Source: Batkoa obscura (lineage: Eukaryota). Taken from it: DNA of 64,000 nucleotides. The notes beneath the pieces are model-generated. The model was not told the origin of the DNA, made no database searches, and saw only the letters and a list, made by a program, of their open reading frames with translations. Positions 11,870 through 26,321 of the stretch are shown here, one piece after another. Position 1 is the first letter of the stretch. Every line of letters starts with the position of its first letter. Location of the stretch: contig JASVEC010000026.1 of NCBI GenBank assembly GCA_030770535.1, positions 434,001 to 498,000 of the forward strand. The letters run 5' to 3'. The translations under genes were made by a program, and so were the position numbers.

Positions 11870-13525
11870 ATGGGGGGCAAAAAATATGAATGGCAAGAGA
11901 TCAACGACACACTGCAAGCAAGGATATTAGAAACGTATTTAGAAAATGAAGAGATTAAAGTCTCACTAGAAGTTAAACAAATCGGGGAGTCTCAGCATAG
12001 TTTGTATGAAATTGACCGTAGTGTTGAACAAATAATTAGTTTAATAACTATATTGGGTGACCCAGATTTCGATGAATTAAAAGATAATTTTCAACTAGAA
12101 GATGATTTAGAAGAGGTATTCACTTTGAGTATAAATTTATTAACTGCGTTAAAAGATTATAAACAAGATGTTAGTGAATTCTTTAAAAAGCACAAAATCA
12201 TCAAAGACAAAAGATTACAAAGCATTAAGAGTGATGATATAAAACCCGAAAAGCGTACTAGCTGGACTTCTAAATTATTAAGAAGGTTTTCTAATCCTAA
12301 TTTGAAGGAAAAGGAAAAAGCGAAGCAAAACTCAACTCAGCTCCCAGTTAAAATAAAAGATCCGGAGGTTATGCCATCTTTAATCCGAAGTAAAACAGAA
12401 CTAAATTTAGATGATGTGCTACCTAGAAATAAGTCCATAATTTCAAAGTTATTACCGGTAAATATGGCTCGAAGTGCTTCAGACCAAGACCAAGCCCAAC
12501 CTGAGAAGATAGAGAAACCAAAGCTGACTAAAAGTAAATCAATGCTCAGTATCAAAGGAAAACTATCAAGAAGTAAGTCGTTTCGCGATATCAAAAAGAA
12601 AGCAAGTGTCAAAGAAAGTAACGATGCTAATCTAAGAATATTACTTAACGATGATGAGATTCAATGGATTGTAAATAAAGACATGGAATATGAAAAGTTA
12701 ATTAGAGGTATAAAAAATCGTATTTTATTAAACGGTATTAAATTAGACAATTTGAGTGATATTGAATTTTGCTTTGAATTGGAAGAAGCCGTGTTTATTT
12801 TGGATGAATCTAATTACCAACGGCTCTTGAGCTTAGATGAGCCAACTCTAAAATTAAAAGAAGAAGAGATTCAAACAATCGATAGTAACGATGGCACTAC
12901 TGTATTAAATGATACTGATGATTATAATTTTATAAATTTTAATGAATCAAATATTAAAAAGAAGGATGGTATTGCAAAGCATAAGACCTTTGCGAATATG
13001 AGCGAGTATTTAGAAACACCTCTTCAAGCTGAATTTAAAAAAATAATGAAAAAAGATTTATGGGATAAAGATGTCAATTTAAATTTATACAATGAAGAGA
13101 AGGCTCTTCCGAAGCCCAAATTAAAGAAAAGTCATACAACGTATTCACATATAAATCATAATCGTTTAGTTATTCGTGAAGAGAGGACAGCGAAAATAAT
13201 GTTAAACCATATATTACATTTAGAAATAAAAATAAACATCTATCATAGTACTTTAAAAGCTATCTTGAACGATTGTATCGTTAATTTTAGTCAACATGGG
13301 GTACCTCTTAGAAGATTAAAACATATGATTTTAATATTCATCAATCCCATGAATAAATCCGATCCTTTTATGGCCGTTCAAGATGAAAAGCAATTGCAAT
13401 GGATTTTTAAGCAAAATTTTAATACTCTATCTTTCTTGTTAGCTCCTAATACCTTCATTAATCATAGCGAATATCGTAATGGTGTACGCTGGGATCAACA
13501 TCCAAACTTAGTCCAACTTATTTAA
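11870..13525 (+). CDS. Hypothetical protein, 551 aa, intronless
   Basis: Long open ORF with coding-like composition; low-complexity K/S-rich middle. Confidence 0.8.
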   Translation: MGGKKYEWQEINDTLQARILETYLENEEIKVSLEVKQIGESQHSLYEIDRSVEQIISLITILGDPDFDELKDNFQLEDDLEEVFTLSINLLTALKDYKQDVSEFFKKHKIIKDKRLQSIKSDDIKPEKRTSWTSKLLRRFSNPNLKEKEKAKQNSTQLPVKIKDPEVMPSLIRSKTELNLDDVLPRNKSIISKLLPVNMARSASDQDQAQPEKIEKPKLTKSKSMLSIKGKLSRSKSFRDIKKKASVKESNDANLRILLNDDEIQWIVNKDMEYEKLIRGIKNRILLNGIKLDNLSDIEFCFELEEAVFILDESNYQRLLSLDEPTLKLKEEEIQTIDSNDGTTVLNDTDDYNFINFNESNIKKKDGIAKHKTFANMSEYLETPLQAEFKKIMKKDLWDKDVNLNLYNEEKALPKPKLKKSHTTYSHINHNRLVIREERTAKIMLNHILHLEIKINIYHSTLKAILNDCIVNFSQHGVPLRRLKHMILIFINPMNKSDPFMAVQDEKQLQWIFKQNFNTLSFLLAPNTFINHSEYRNGVRWDQHPNLVQLI

Positions 13526-13598
13526 TAAGTATAAATTTAATAAAATAAAGTTAATTGTTATAATTAAGATAAAGTGCTTATGAGTTTTTATTAATTTA

Positions 13599-15143
13599 TT
13601 ATAAATCTTCCTCTTGTTTAAGTTCTGTTAGTATCTTTTGGTAACCTAATACTTTATCCAAAAGGTCATGATTTTCTTGTAGTAACCCATCTACCCTTTC
13701 AATAAAAGTGGGGATAGAGAAAGGTAAGTCCTCCATAAAATAGGGTATTTCAGAATATAATTCTTCTAGAATAGTTAGTAATTGCTCGTGTTGTTGCATT
13801 AAATCATCATCCTGTCTCGATTTCAAATCTAATATTTGTTCATTTTTTTGCTTATTTTCAAGCTCTAATTGTTCTATCCTTCGTTTTAATACCTCGACTT
13901 CATTTTCTTGTGTATTAATAGATGATTTGCTAGTAATGTGTTGGTTCAATTGCTCTTCAAGCTGTTGAATCTTATTTTGAGAATCCTCTAGTTTACCTAA
14001 TAAACTATGAAATGAAATCGAAGGCTCTAACCCCTGCTTAGTTTCGTTATTTAGATTATTTTCTGGCTTGGGATCGTTATTAACTAAGGTAGGAGTGGTC
14101 TCTTGACTCGATTCAATTTCCATATATACATCATCTTTAACAGCATCTTGACTCTCTCTTAATTTAATACTTTGTTTAAGTTTACTATAGCTTTTATCTA
14201 CCCTTTGATAGCCTACACCTAAAACTGAGCCGTTGTGCAAGTCTAACAAATGCTGTATTTCCATCGTCCTTCTGTACAATTTAAAAATTTCTTTTCCTAC
14301 CTCTTCCAATTTTAGATTAGCAGCGTTTAATTGTTCTTGGGCTTGTGTTATCATCTTTCTGTTCGTTTGGTACATCTTTATTAATGCTTTAGCTCCATCT
14401 CGAACCTTTATCTCTAATAATAGCTTGTGCTCTAATACTTTTAATTTAGACATGTTCATCTCTTTTTCCTATTTAAATGGTTATAAATTAATTTAATTTA
14501 AAGTATATAAAGATTACCTTTCTTAATAAGTCCAAACTTTCTAAAGTCAATATCTTAAACGGCTTTATTTCAACTAGAGACTGGGTCAAGAGGAGCTGTA
14601 ATAGTAATTGATCGGCTGTTTGTAATAAAGAGTCTGTACTGATAAGATTTTCAGATTGTTCTGATAATTTCTCATCTTTTAAAATATTAGGAAAATGGTT
14701 ACTAAGTGCGTTTATAGCATTGGGAGATAGTTGAGGTAGTTTATTAATATCTTCTGGATTCTTTTTTGTTTCTTTTGCTTGGTTAATACTCTGATAATCT
14801 TTTGTTTTAATTGAATCAGTTAAATAGGCAGAGGTTGGTCTTGTATTCGCTTTATCTTGAAATTTATCACGAAATTGCTCTAAACCTGCTCTGAGATTTC
14901 CTTTTTCAATCGAGGTATTTCTTCTACGCGTAGAAGGTTGGAAATATTGCTGGTTGAACTGATCCATTTCTTCGTTTGAATAAGGATGATTGATAGAGTT
15001 CTGGTTATTATTATAAGGGTCTTTACTTTCAAGTGCTGAAAAAGGTCGCATTGAAAACCGCTTTATCTTTTCTTTGTTTAACTAAAGTCATAAATAAGGA
15101 TTTGAACTATACTATATATAATTTTAAATACCTTGGATTCCAT
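13599..15143 (-). CDS. Uds1 (up-regulated during septation)/HR1-like coiled-coil protein (3 exons)
   Basis: ATG at 15143 with a short first exon MESK; intron ~14471-14517; motif ILTLESLDLLRKE...KLLLEIKVRDGAKALIKMY. Confidence 0.7.
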
Positions 15144-15923
15144 CTTAAAAAAGGTAAATTTTTAGGAAAATTAATTTTACTTTCCGTTGTTTTGTATGGC
15201 TGTCTAAATTATTTGGAATATAATTTCATTGGTGGTTTTCACTTGTAGCCTTTAACCACCTTTCATTTGTAATTTACAACAGTTGGTAAACTATTTCATT
15301 TAAAATATCATAACATTTTTGGGATCATGCAAAGGGTGTAAAATAGAGTTTCACATATATATATAAAGGTATAAGCTGCAACATATATAATAATCTTTAT
15401 AGTGTTACTGTAGCATTAGATAAATATTATATGGATCAAGATTTGAATTAGGAACTTGTAAAAATTCCAAAATTAGTTAAATAAATATTTAGAATTAACG
15501 TTTACTGAGTTGTTAGGTTTGAAAGATTTTAAGATTTGGCTTCACTGAATTCTCAGAAATTTCCGTAGAAGTATCCCTCATTTTTTAATACTGTAAAGTT
15601 AAATTTTGTTTTAGGGAAAGCTAATTTTCGAAATTAATAATTTTAAAAGCTTAATGAATGAAAATTTAATACAGGATTTTATAAACATTTTTGAATTATG
15701 CCTGCCTAATAATGAACCATAAAACATTAAAATCTATCATAAAACAAAAATCACTGCATAAACTGCTACGGCAATAATTTAAGGATACTAATTTTGTACT
15801 CAATGCAAAAGCTTATAATTAAACTTGACAAATTTCTCACGAATTTTAAATTCGATGCTCCTAAAAAAACGAAACTAATTTTTTAATAAAACTCAAAGCA
15901 GTTCTCAACATTATCGATTTGAA

Positions 15924-16831
15924 ATGACGAGGTTAACCTTACAAAACCCATTAGTAACGATGAATCAAATCAAGAGCACACCATCATCAAAAGATGGCAT
16001 ATCAGAAACATTAGAATGTGAGTTACGTACCTTAGCATGTACATTTATTCAAGGAGTAGGCATCAATGTAAAAACATCACAAAAAACGATAGCTACAGCC
16101 TGTGTTTTATTGCAACGGTTTTATTTTGTAAAGTCAATAAAAGAGTATCCAATCATGGATATGGTCATGGGTTCTTTATTTTTAGCTGGTAAACTTGAAG
16201 AAACTCCAATCTCATTTAACAAGATTATTATGAGTTTTGATTATATTGTTAAATTAACTAGAGAATTGAAGAACTACCTTGAAACCCCCCATGGAATAGT
16301 AAGTTTAGATATTTAAAAAATTTAGGATATACTAACTTTTTAAAGGAGGGCCTAGAAATGAAAGACTGTTTATTAGAAGGAGAAATGGTGTTACTAAGAG
16401 AATTAGGATTTAATGTTCGAGTTCAACAGCCCTATGTATTAATGGTCAATTATATGCAATTGCTTGCATTACATGAGAACGTAGATTTAGTTCAAAAAGC
16501 ATGGAATTATTTAAATGATAGGTAAATTACAAAAACTTTAAGACAACTTAAATAAACAATTATTAGTTTAAAAACAATAGTTTATGTAAGCTATGATCCA
16601 TCAACAATAGCCTGTGCAGCGATCGAATTAGCTTGTAGAGAGTCTGATATAGCTTTACCAGGTAATCCATTGTGGTATGAAGTATTTGAAGCTAGAAAAG
16701 AAGACGTTGAAATTGTTATGGGCTATATGAAAAGGATTTATACTAGAGTAATCGATTATTGGTTACCAATAAATAAGGATGAGTTGGAGGATTATTTAAG
16801 GGGCGATAGGCATCATGTTGATGATAGATAA
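15924..16831 (+). CDS. Transcriptional cyclin, cyclin L-like (3 exons)
   Basis: TPSSKDGIS..LE..LR, IATACVLLQRFYF, SLFLAGKLEETP, EMVLLRELGF, AWNYLNDS, IACAAI..A..P.WYEVF. Confidence 0.85.
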
Positions 16832-17751
16832 TAATGTAATTTAACACTAGGGAATATATTTTATTACTATGTCATTTAGTGGCTTTATTCTTTGTTTGTT
16901 TATATTGCCATTTAATGTAAAACATAGTTAAATTGAATCATTCTATAGTGAAGATTTATGTTCTAGATTCACTAAGCTATAAAACGTTAATAAAAGTTAA
17001 ACAAATAAATTTTGAATATGGATTTGCTTTATATTTTATGATACAGTTTATATATTAGATATTTGTAAATGTTTTTATATGAGTGTATTTTTAAGTTATC
17101 AAACAATTATAAGTTCAATGTTCTTACTTTAAAACTATTTTAAAAATAAATGTAAAATCATTTCTTGTTTAATATCAATACTATTTAATTTAGTTAATAT
17201 ACGTATTTGCTCAGCGATTATACAAATTATTTATTAGTGCTTCTTATTGCCTACAAATTTATATATTATACTGCTGCTTGCCTATCTCTATATAATAAAT
17301 AATTTAAAAATAACATTCATATTAGTAAATTTTACTAAGTTAATGTAGTTATGTATTATACATTAACTTAGGTTTTATATAACTATATTAAATAAAACCT
17401 ATGCATTTAACATATTATAATATGTTTTTTATAATTAACTAATAGAATCTTAATAAAATCTATTTTTAGCATATAAAAAGTATGTACTGTTATTATTCTT
17501 TTAAAATAAAACTAATTAAAAACTGTCAATAAAATTACTTTATTAGCATACCTTTTTTTGAATAGAATTTAAAATGATTGCCAATTAAATAGGCCATTCA
17601 TGTTCCAAGATGCCATCACAGTTACCTTGAACCAAAGTATTTTTTCTAGAAAATTTTAATTGGTTCTATTAAGTTTTTTTAACCAAAAAAAATTACAATT
17701 TATTTATCCCCAACACACAAACATTTAATTAATTATTTTATAAAAAAGAAA

Positions 17752-20527
17752 ATGACAGAAAGCAAAAAGGATCCCAGTTCCGATCAAATATCCCCCTTTG
17801 CAAAGAAGGTCAATGATAAGGATCATCCCAGCGCTGCTTATGATAAAGAAGCTTTAAACAGTCCAACTTCTAGTTCCCCATTTAAGTTTGGGGTGCAAAA
17901 TTTAAACTTGGATAAAGCTTTTATTTCAAGAAGTCAAACCAAAAAACCAAGAAAAAATATAGGACCTTATCAGATATCAAAAACATTAGGTTCGGGTAGT
18001 ATGGGTAAAGTAAAACTTGCCATTCATAATGAAACTGGCGAAAAGGTAAAATTTTAAAAAACAGTTTGTTATTAAAGCTTAAATTAAAGTTTTTCAAATA
18101 GTATGCGGTTAAAATTATTCCACGAAAAGCACCGGTTCATAAAGGGGCTCCAAAGGATGAAAGTAGAGATATTCGTATTCATAGAGAGATTGCTTTGATG
18201 GTTTTAGTTAACCACCCTTATATTGTATCTTTAAAAGAAGCAATGATTATGCCTCAACATTATTATCTTTTCTTTGAGTATGTATCTGGTGGTCAAATAC
18301 TAGATTATATTATTTCCCATGGTAAACTTAAAGAAAAAAATGCTCGTCGATTTGCCAGACAAATGTTGTCTGCAATAGGTAAACTTATAGCTCTAAATTT
18401 TTTTATTCTTTTATTAATTTTATTTAAAGATTATTGTCATCGGCATTCAGTAGTACATCGAGGTATTTTAAATAATGACATTTTTAGTTATTTAAGTTAA
18501 TTAATTATTAGATTTAAAGATTGAAAATATATTAATTACAGAAGATGGAAATATAAAAATTATTGATTTTGGACTTTCAAATTTATTTTCAACAAAATCC
18601 CAATTAAATACTTTTTGTGGTTCCCTTTATTTTGCTGCTCCAGAACTTCTTAGTGCTCAAGAATATACTGGTCCTGAAGTAGATGTTTGGAGTTTAGGTA
18701 TTGTATTTTACGTACTCGTTTGTGGCAGAGTACCATTCGATGATCCTAATATGCCCGCTCTTCATGCTAAAATTAAAAAAGGAGATGTATCTTATCCTAC
18801 TTTTTTATCTAGAGGTAATATAATAGTATACTTTTATTTATCAAATATTAATGGAATTTTATTTAGAGTGTAAGCATTTATTATCTCGGATGCTTTGTAC
18901 AAATCCATCCCAAAGAGCAACAATAAGTGAAATATTAAAACATCCTTGGGTAACAAAAGGGTTTGAAAATCCAATAGAAAATTATTTACCACAAAGAAAA
19001 CCAATTGAATTACCATTAGATATGAATGTGATTCAAAGGATGAAAGGGTTTGAGTTTGGAAATGAAGAAAAAATCAAAGCTGATCTTGAAGAGATTTTAA
19101 GTAGTGAACAGCCTGTTGAAATTACCACTTCTAAAGTCAAAGAAATGAAAAAAGTACCTTTCTTTCATAAAAATAAATCAGTTGTAGAAACAACAACGGT
19201 TTATAATCACCCTCTAGTTTCTATTTATTACCTTGTTAAAGAGAAGCTTGAAAGAGAAAGTAAACCAAGTACTAGCCAATCATTTAATATTGTAGAAGAG
19301 GAAGCCAATGATGTCAATGGTCCTGATTTAGCTTCATCTATTATACATTCCTTTAGAACTAAAAATAGTCACTCTAATCAACCAGATATAGTTATAGCAG
19401 AACCAGATAGTCCATTTAAAGATACGTCAGAAAGACAAGGACTAACTAGTCAAAAATCTAAAGAACAAGGAGAAAATGAAAAAACCCCGAATGTATTAAA
19501 GAGATTAAGTTCCGCTATGAAAACAAGCAAAACAACCAATTTCCATCGACTTTCACATGGTCCAACCAATGATATATCCATGCCCAATTCACCTAAACCT
19601 GGTGTTGGATCTAGAATTGGTAGAAGGATATCTCGACTTATTACTAGACACCTTAGTATGCAAGAACCAAAGATGAGAAACAGTTTTAATGAATTTGATA
19701 ATTTGGTCGCTACCAATGATGTTCAAAATAATCTACATCCTTCCCCATCTTCACCCCATGGGGATCATGATATCACTTCTCAAGATTCACATGCGGGATT
19801 AGTAATTGATAAAAATAGCGAAGAAGGTGTACGTCCTCATTTAAACCAAATGAAACCAAGGAGTGCTACATTAAAGGGATTATTTTCTGTTTCTACTACT
19901 AGCACTAAAAAAGCAAAAGTCATCAGTGATGATATTTTAAGTGCATTAAAAAAACTGAGTATTAAATGGAAGGAAATTGATGGATACTTTGAATGTCAAT
20001 ATTGTCCAGATATGATGAGTTTGGAAGGTGTGGGAGAAATTTCACATTCAGAAGAATCGACAGAATGTTTGGAGAATGGAGAGTTATTGAGTAAGTTGTT
20101 TAATTTAAAGCAAGGTGATACAAGTAGTAATTTAATTTAATTAGGATCAACCGGTGTATCTAAGAGTGGTAGTCCACAGCTAAGTGCCCAAGAATTTATT
20201 AGGGAAGAAAGTTTGGAGATTAAAGAATTGAATGGGACCTCAACAAGTCAACCAGATTCTAAAGAATCTTCAGCAAAAAATTCACCTGATTCTATTAATT
20301 CCACACGTATTTTGTCAGCAAGGCATGAAACCGTAGCTAAATTAAGTAACCCCAATCGTGGGTATTCTAATGAGCCTACAAGTAATAGGGTAGTTAAATT
20401 TCAAATTCATTTGGTGAGGATAAAGGTATTATTAAGGTTACATGGTATTCAATTTCGACGATTGGAAGGACCTTCATGGGAGTATAAAGCTATTTGTTCC
20501 AAGATATTAAATGAACTTAAACTGTAG
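17752..20527 (+). CDS. KIN1: Kin1/MARK-family Ser/Thr kinase with C-terminal KA1 domain (multi-exon)
   Basis: [45 protein letters not shown]1 end [28 protein letters not shown]. Confidence 0.92.
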
Positions 20528-22115
20528 TCTATTTGACATTTCAAAGTTATCTAATTCCATACTCCTCACCTTAACCCTTACCTCACTTTGTCATAGCAGC
20601 TTTTTTAAATTTTTAATACTTTCAATTGTAATACGTTAACTAATTCTCTTTCTCTTTTTCGCTTAGGCTTGCTTTGATACGTTTATTTAGATTATTTTTT
20701 TAAAATGTTTTTTTAGGTTGAAATTAGGATCGCTTTTATTTTATTGCTAATAAAAATTTTCGATTTTTTCAGATGTTTTTTTAATATTAACAGAATAGTA
20801 TAACTTGGTTTATTATCCGTGTTAGCTTTTTGGTTTTTCATATAGCATCGTTTAATTTATGTATTCTAATGTAAAGTATTCAAAATATATAAAGTTAATA
20901 ATAGTATATTTGAAAACATGATTTTTTAAAATTCGTTTAAGAATAAGGTTAACAGGTTCAATCATTATTTTAGTTGGAACAGTATTATAAATCTTTTAGT
21001 ACTTTTGTATTTTAACTTCAAACCTTTCTATCGAACTATCAACCCCTCTAAAAATAACACATAAAACAGTTAAACTATGGTTAAGAATGAATATAAATAA
21101 TTTTTTGATTAAGAATAAATTTTTATAGCACAAAATAGAAATTCCTAATGCTTTTAGAAAATAGAGCACCTATCTTTAACCCTAGGTCTAGCGCTAACCC
21201 AATTGTAATACTAACATTAATACCAACACTAAATAGTATTGAAAAGCTGAATTAATATTGTATTTGAGTTTAAAAATTCCCATAAAACAACAAGTACTAT
21301 TGAATTTAACTGTGAATACTTTTAATCTAATTACTATTTTGGATTGAATTTTTCTACTTTTTAACCTCCAGGATTTCAACTATAAAAATATACTATGAAA
21401 CAAACACTGACATTGAAGCTTTAACTGTTTTAACACTAGTGTGCTTGTTTTAATAGATCTTTTAATAAATTCAGCAATTCACTTACTAAATATAAATTTG
21501 CGGCTAAATTGAAGTGTTTTATCAGCTACTTGGCAATGAAATTATACATTACCAGGCTATTGTTTATGAGCAAACTGTATAAATTTTAAAAAACTTACGC
21601 TATTGTGCATTAACTAAAAAAAGGTCAATTTTTGAAGTTTTCATCTTGGCAAAATAGATAAGACCAAACTATTCAAATTAGTAATAGAAATCCAAATTTA
21701 ATTAAATAACTTATTTAATTTCAACAATACTTCTATTTTAAAAATTCATAACATTATAAAATAAATATAATATTTATCAACTACTTTAATAATTAAACGA
21801 CTACTTTTATCTTATATGATTGCGATTTTATATTTAAAAAATTTTTGTTTAAATTTGAAATATTCTTATGAGGAAACTCCAATTTAATCTGGAATTTAAT
21901 TAAGTTCCCTACATTCTATATAGAATGGTTTAGAATAGCAACTTCATTCATTTATTCTTTGAATTTAGTATCCACCAATAAAATCCTTGAAAGTTGGTTC
22001 TATCAGCTATTTAAGAACTAATATCAGCTGATCATCAGAAACTATAAAGTCAACTTTTAGAGCTTCGGCTACCCTCAATTTTTTAATTGAAAAAACAATC
22101 TAATAAATTAAAACT

Positions 22116-22526
22116 ATGGGCTACGATACTAATACTTCATATCCGCCACAACAAGGTGGTCAAGGTAAGTCTTTTATTATATTAGTATTCAATCTCAATA
22201 TTAAGCTTTTTCTTAGCTTATCCACCACCACCTGGCTATAATCAAGGTGCTCCAGAACAACAATCATATCCACAAACTCAATATCCACCACAAGCACAAT
22301 ATCCACCTCAAGGTTATCCACAACAACAAAGTTACCCACAACAACAACAGCCATATGCAGCTCAGCCACCAATGGCTCAACCTCAACCTCAACAACAAGA
22401 AAGAGGTGGGGGTGACCTTTGTATGGGATGGTAAGATTTATTTTTATAAATTGCTAAGGTAATTTGTTAATTTTTTTTAGTGCTGGTGCCGCTTGTCTAT
22501 GTTGTTGTTTAGATTGTTTATTTTAG
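22116..22526 (+). CDS. Small Pro/Gln/Tyr-rich protein with cysteine-rich tail (CYSTM-type, 3 exons)
   Basis: MGYDTNTSYPPQQGGQAYPPPPGY...GDLCMGCAGAACLCCCLDCLF*; introns 22165-22216 and 22431-22480. Confidence 0.8.
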
Positions 22527-22989
22527 ATAAGTGGGAGAGAATATTTAATTTTTTTAATGATAATAAAGTTAATATGTAATATAAATGAACAAATTGAGAT
22601 TGGATGAACGTTATGAGCCCATGGTAATAATGTTTTTGTTACATTGTCGCTATTGGTAAGGGTTTTATTATATAGCTTTTATTATCTTCAATTTGTATAT
22701 GTTGAAGCTTACCTGCTACCACTACTTTAGTTTAGCTTGTTAGTTATCTTTTAACTCTTGAGTTATCTTAAATAATACTGATTAGTAATACTTTAAATAG
22801 CCTATCGAATTACCAATATCACAAACTTAATTATTTTTGATACATTTAATAAATTTTAATTTCCTAAAAATAGAAAGTTTAAATTGAATTTTTATTAATG
22901 TAAAACTAAAAGTTTAGCCTATTTATTTTTACAAACTTTTTAACCTGCTTAATCTTATAACAAATTAATCTAATATTTTAAAATATATC

Positions 22990-24459
22990 ATGTCCAACAA
23001 TAACTTCACAAAAGGGAAGCCCAATGAGCAAGAGCTCATCTTAGCTAATTTAAAATTGAAATTACAACCTTTTCAAATATTAAAAACGCAAACTTTTAAT
23101 AAAAAATTAAGAGAGCAACAACTAATTACTAATTTATTGAATGATTATTTTAACCTAGCTGATAAAACTCATTTATTCATCACTTTATCCCAAGTACCTC
23201 AATTACTTCATCAACCCAGCTTACTCCCCTTCACAATTCTCGCTTTAGCTGCACGATATACTACTAATCCCATGGGTTATAAAATTCAATTATTAGAAGA
23301 ATATTTTATAACCAAAGCTAAATTACAAACCGCTCATCAGTTAAGTTTAATATTAGATAGAAATAGTGAGTTGAGTAGTAGAATTGATACATTTAAAGCA
23401 TTTATGTTATTATCATTATTGGAAATGATTCGATATTGTGATACGAGTTCCATGTTGTTGGCTGGTGAGTTTATGTTTTATTTTATAGGAATCTATTAAT
23501 GTATTATTAGAATATGCTTTTAGGTATGAAAATCATAATTAGAACGATTGAATTTTTAATTTTAGTATATTTATTTTAGATTAAGTCACACCATAGGTAT
23601 TCAAAATATTTTGACTTATAATCCAGATGTAATAGCTTGTTTTAAAGTATTAATTATAAATATGAAATATTTTGCTTTATTATTTAATAATGTGTTATTA
23701 ATGCGAGAAGTATTTAAAACACTACAGCTCATGGAAACTTATTTTAATTTGATTGATGATAGAAAAAAACAAGAGATTGAAACACATATGAATAATTTAC
23801 ATGAGATTTATTTATGTCCAAAGCCATTAATGAATACTTTAAGTTTTGCTTATGAAGAAGCTTGTAAAGAGTTGAAGTTGATACTGATAGATAACAATAA
23901 TAATAATGCAAATGAAATAAAAACTCGATATTTTAAATTACAACAACAAGTGTATACTTGGTTTCATACTATTCAACCTATTCCCACTATAGAATGGTAT
24001 CCGTTCTTTTTAGCTTGGAAACAAGGTAATTTAACTTCCGAACAATTAATTCAATATGATACAATAACAATTTATGATTTATCAATATTATTATTAACTT
24101 GGCCAACAATTGGATTTTATGAATCAACGATAGAATTAACAGAGGAAAAGAAATATTTACTATTACAAATTGCAGATAAAAATTATGACAAAATTAAAAC
24201 ATTTATTAATTTAATGACTCAAGATAAAGAAGAAAAAGAGAGAAATATCAGATCTCCTTTTTCTATTACTTTACCTTTAATTATTATTAAAATTTATTTA
24301 AATCATATTAAAGTATTAGATAAAGAAAGTATTTATTTTAAGTCCATTATAACAAAAGTAGATTTATTACAATCTTGGGTCCAACCAAAATTAGGTTGGG
24401 AAGATGCAGAATTTGGTTTAAATGGTATTCATAAAATCCGAGAATTTTATTTATTATAA
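22990..24459 (+). CDS. Fungal transcription-factor middle-homology-like protein without a Zn2Cys6 cluster (3 exons, one a 13-nt microexon)
   Basis: Exons 22990-23464, 23511-23523 and 23580-24459 join in frame; ILALAARY, AFMLLSLLE and AFRLSHTIGI resemble Fungal_trans motifs. Confidence 0.55.
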
Positions 24460-24624
24460 ATAATAATAGTATTAAAAATAAATAATGTAATATAAAATAA
24501 AAATTCACTTTTATTTCATTATTTATTATTTATTGTTTATTATTTTTATTTTCTTTTTTATATTCTTTTTACTATTTTTAAACTCATAAAATAAAATAAT
24601 AAGTTGAATTTTAATTTTTTTAAC

Positions 24625-26321
24625 TTAAACCATAGAACAACCTGGGCAATTGTGTAAATTATCATGAATAAAAATATCACAATCAATACAAAACTCAAAT
24701 TGACATTTAGGACATTGATAATGTTCATTATTAAGTTTACTTAACTTATTATTATTATTATTATTACTATTATTATTATTTTCTTTTTCATTAATTTTTT
24801 TTTCAAATCTTTTAAAACATCCAGAACAATTTGATTGTTTAGATCTAATTGAATTTAATATGTTATTATTATTACTTAAAAAATAAAAATAATTACTCTT
24901 CTTCTTTTAACTCAATAAAATTATCAATTGGAAATAAATGATGGTATGATCTTGCTAAATGAGGTGAAGAAATCAATGTTAATCCACATACATTACATTC
25001 CGTAGGTATTTCACAAACTTTAGCTTGACATTGAGGACAGCGAAATCCAGAAGTTTTAATTTCATTATGACTAGTTAAATAAAAATAGAATAAATAAACA
25101 ATTCTTTTTGTTAATACAATAAATACTACTTACCAACAACAAAGTGAAATATCCGATTCCTTTATTCTTTCTGGAAATCCCATTAATATTAAACTGGTTT
25201 CAGATTTATTTTCCACTGCAACAATAGGTGGTGGTGTCATATCAAATAAGATATCTTTAAAATGATTTTCATTAAATACTACATTATACGTTCCTAATTA
25301 TTAATTTAATTTAGTTACAGCTTAACTTATAATAAACAAACAAATAATTCAATAATTCTCATACCCATAGTTTCATTTGCTAATTTCTGAAATACCGCTA
25401 CTTGAGCTGATAAACCAATAGTTGAACAGCGTATATTCAATTGTTTCATTTCTTCAATAGTAGTAAAAATATTTCCTGGATCACATGAAGTTAACGAACC
25501 AAATACAGATAATACTTCTCTTGAAGCATGGGAAGGTATATGTCTATTGATAAAAAAGAGAAACAATATTGATATTCAATATTAATTTAATCAGTTATTA
25601 TTGACTTACATCAAAGAACTTTTTGCTAATTCTAAAGAATTTTGTAATGAAGGTTCACCTCCCGTTTCATGATTGGATTTCATTTTGATTGCTTTTATAT
25701 GTTCCATTGGATTTCCTAATATATATAAAAATCAATGCTCATTAATGATCTATTTGTTTGATAGTTATCTTTATAAAATTACCACTTAATTCGGATATCT
25801 TTTCAGCTAATCCATTTCGAGTAACTATTATACCTAATTGTGAAATTGGATTTTGATCAAAATATTCCGTTATAAAACTTTCTAAAAAAGCTAATGTTAA
25901 AAGTAATCGGCTAGGTCTCAAATCTTTATCATTCATTGCTAATGATAAATCAACTATTAATATCATATGTCGGATAATGCCCCTTTGTACAATAGCAGTA
26001 TCACGTTTTTGTCTAAATAAATTTCAGACATTAGTTTTTTTTAATGATTTTTTTTTGTTTTAATTTTTTTGTCATATTGTCTCATTTTATTTTAAACTAA
26101 TAATAGTATCAATTCACTCACCTCCTCTTTTTTAACTGAATAGCTAAATTTTGAATTAAATTTTGTAAAGAACCTTTTTCATCTTCTTGTACTTCTTCCC
26201 AAGAACGTTTAAATGTTTCTTCCCATGAAAACCCTTTACTCCCTTTTTCTTTATCTTCATCATCTACATCATCCACAATGATTTTTTCGACTGTCGCTTT
26301 GTTTTTTTGTGTGGAACTCAT
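24625..26321 (-). CDS. SSL1: TFIIH p44 subunit (vWA + zinc fingers), multi-exon
   Basis: [58 protein letters not shown]-terminal [18 protein letters not shown]. Confidence 0.95.

Noticed and set aside
12337..12612. Antisense or alternate-frame ORFs over real genes (also 14233, 19450, 31086, 42998, 44502, 45340, 53157, 58055, 60698)
   Set aside because: Shadows of well-supported coding sequences with no independent motifs.
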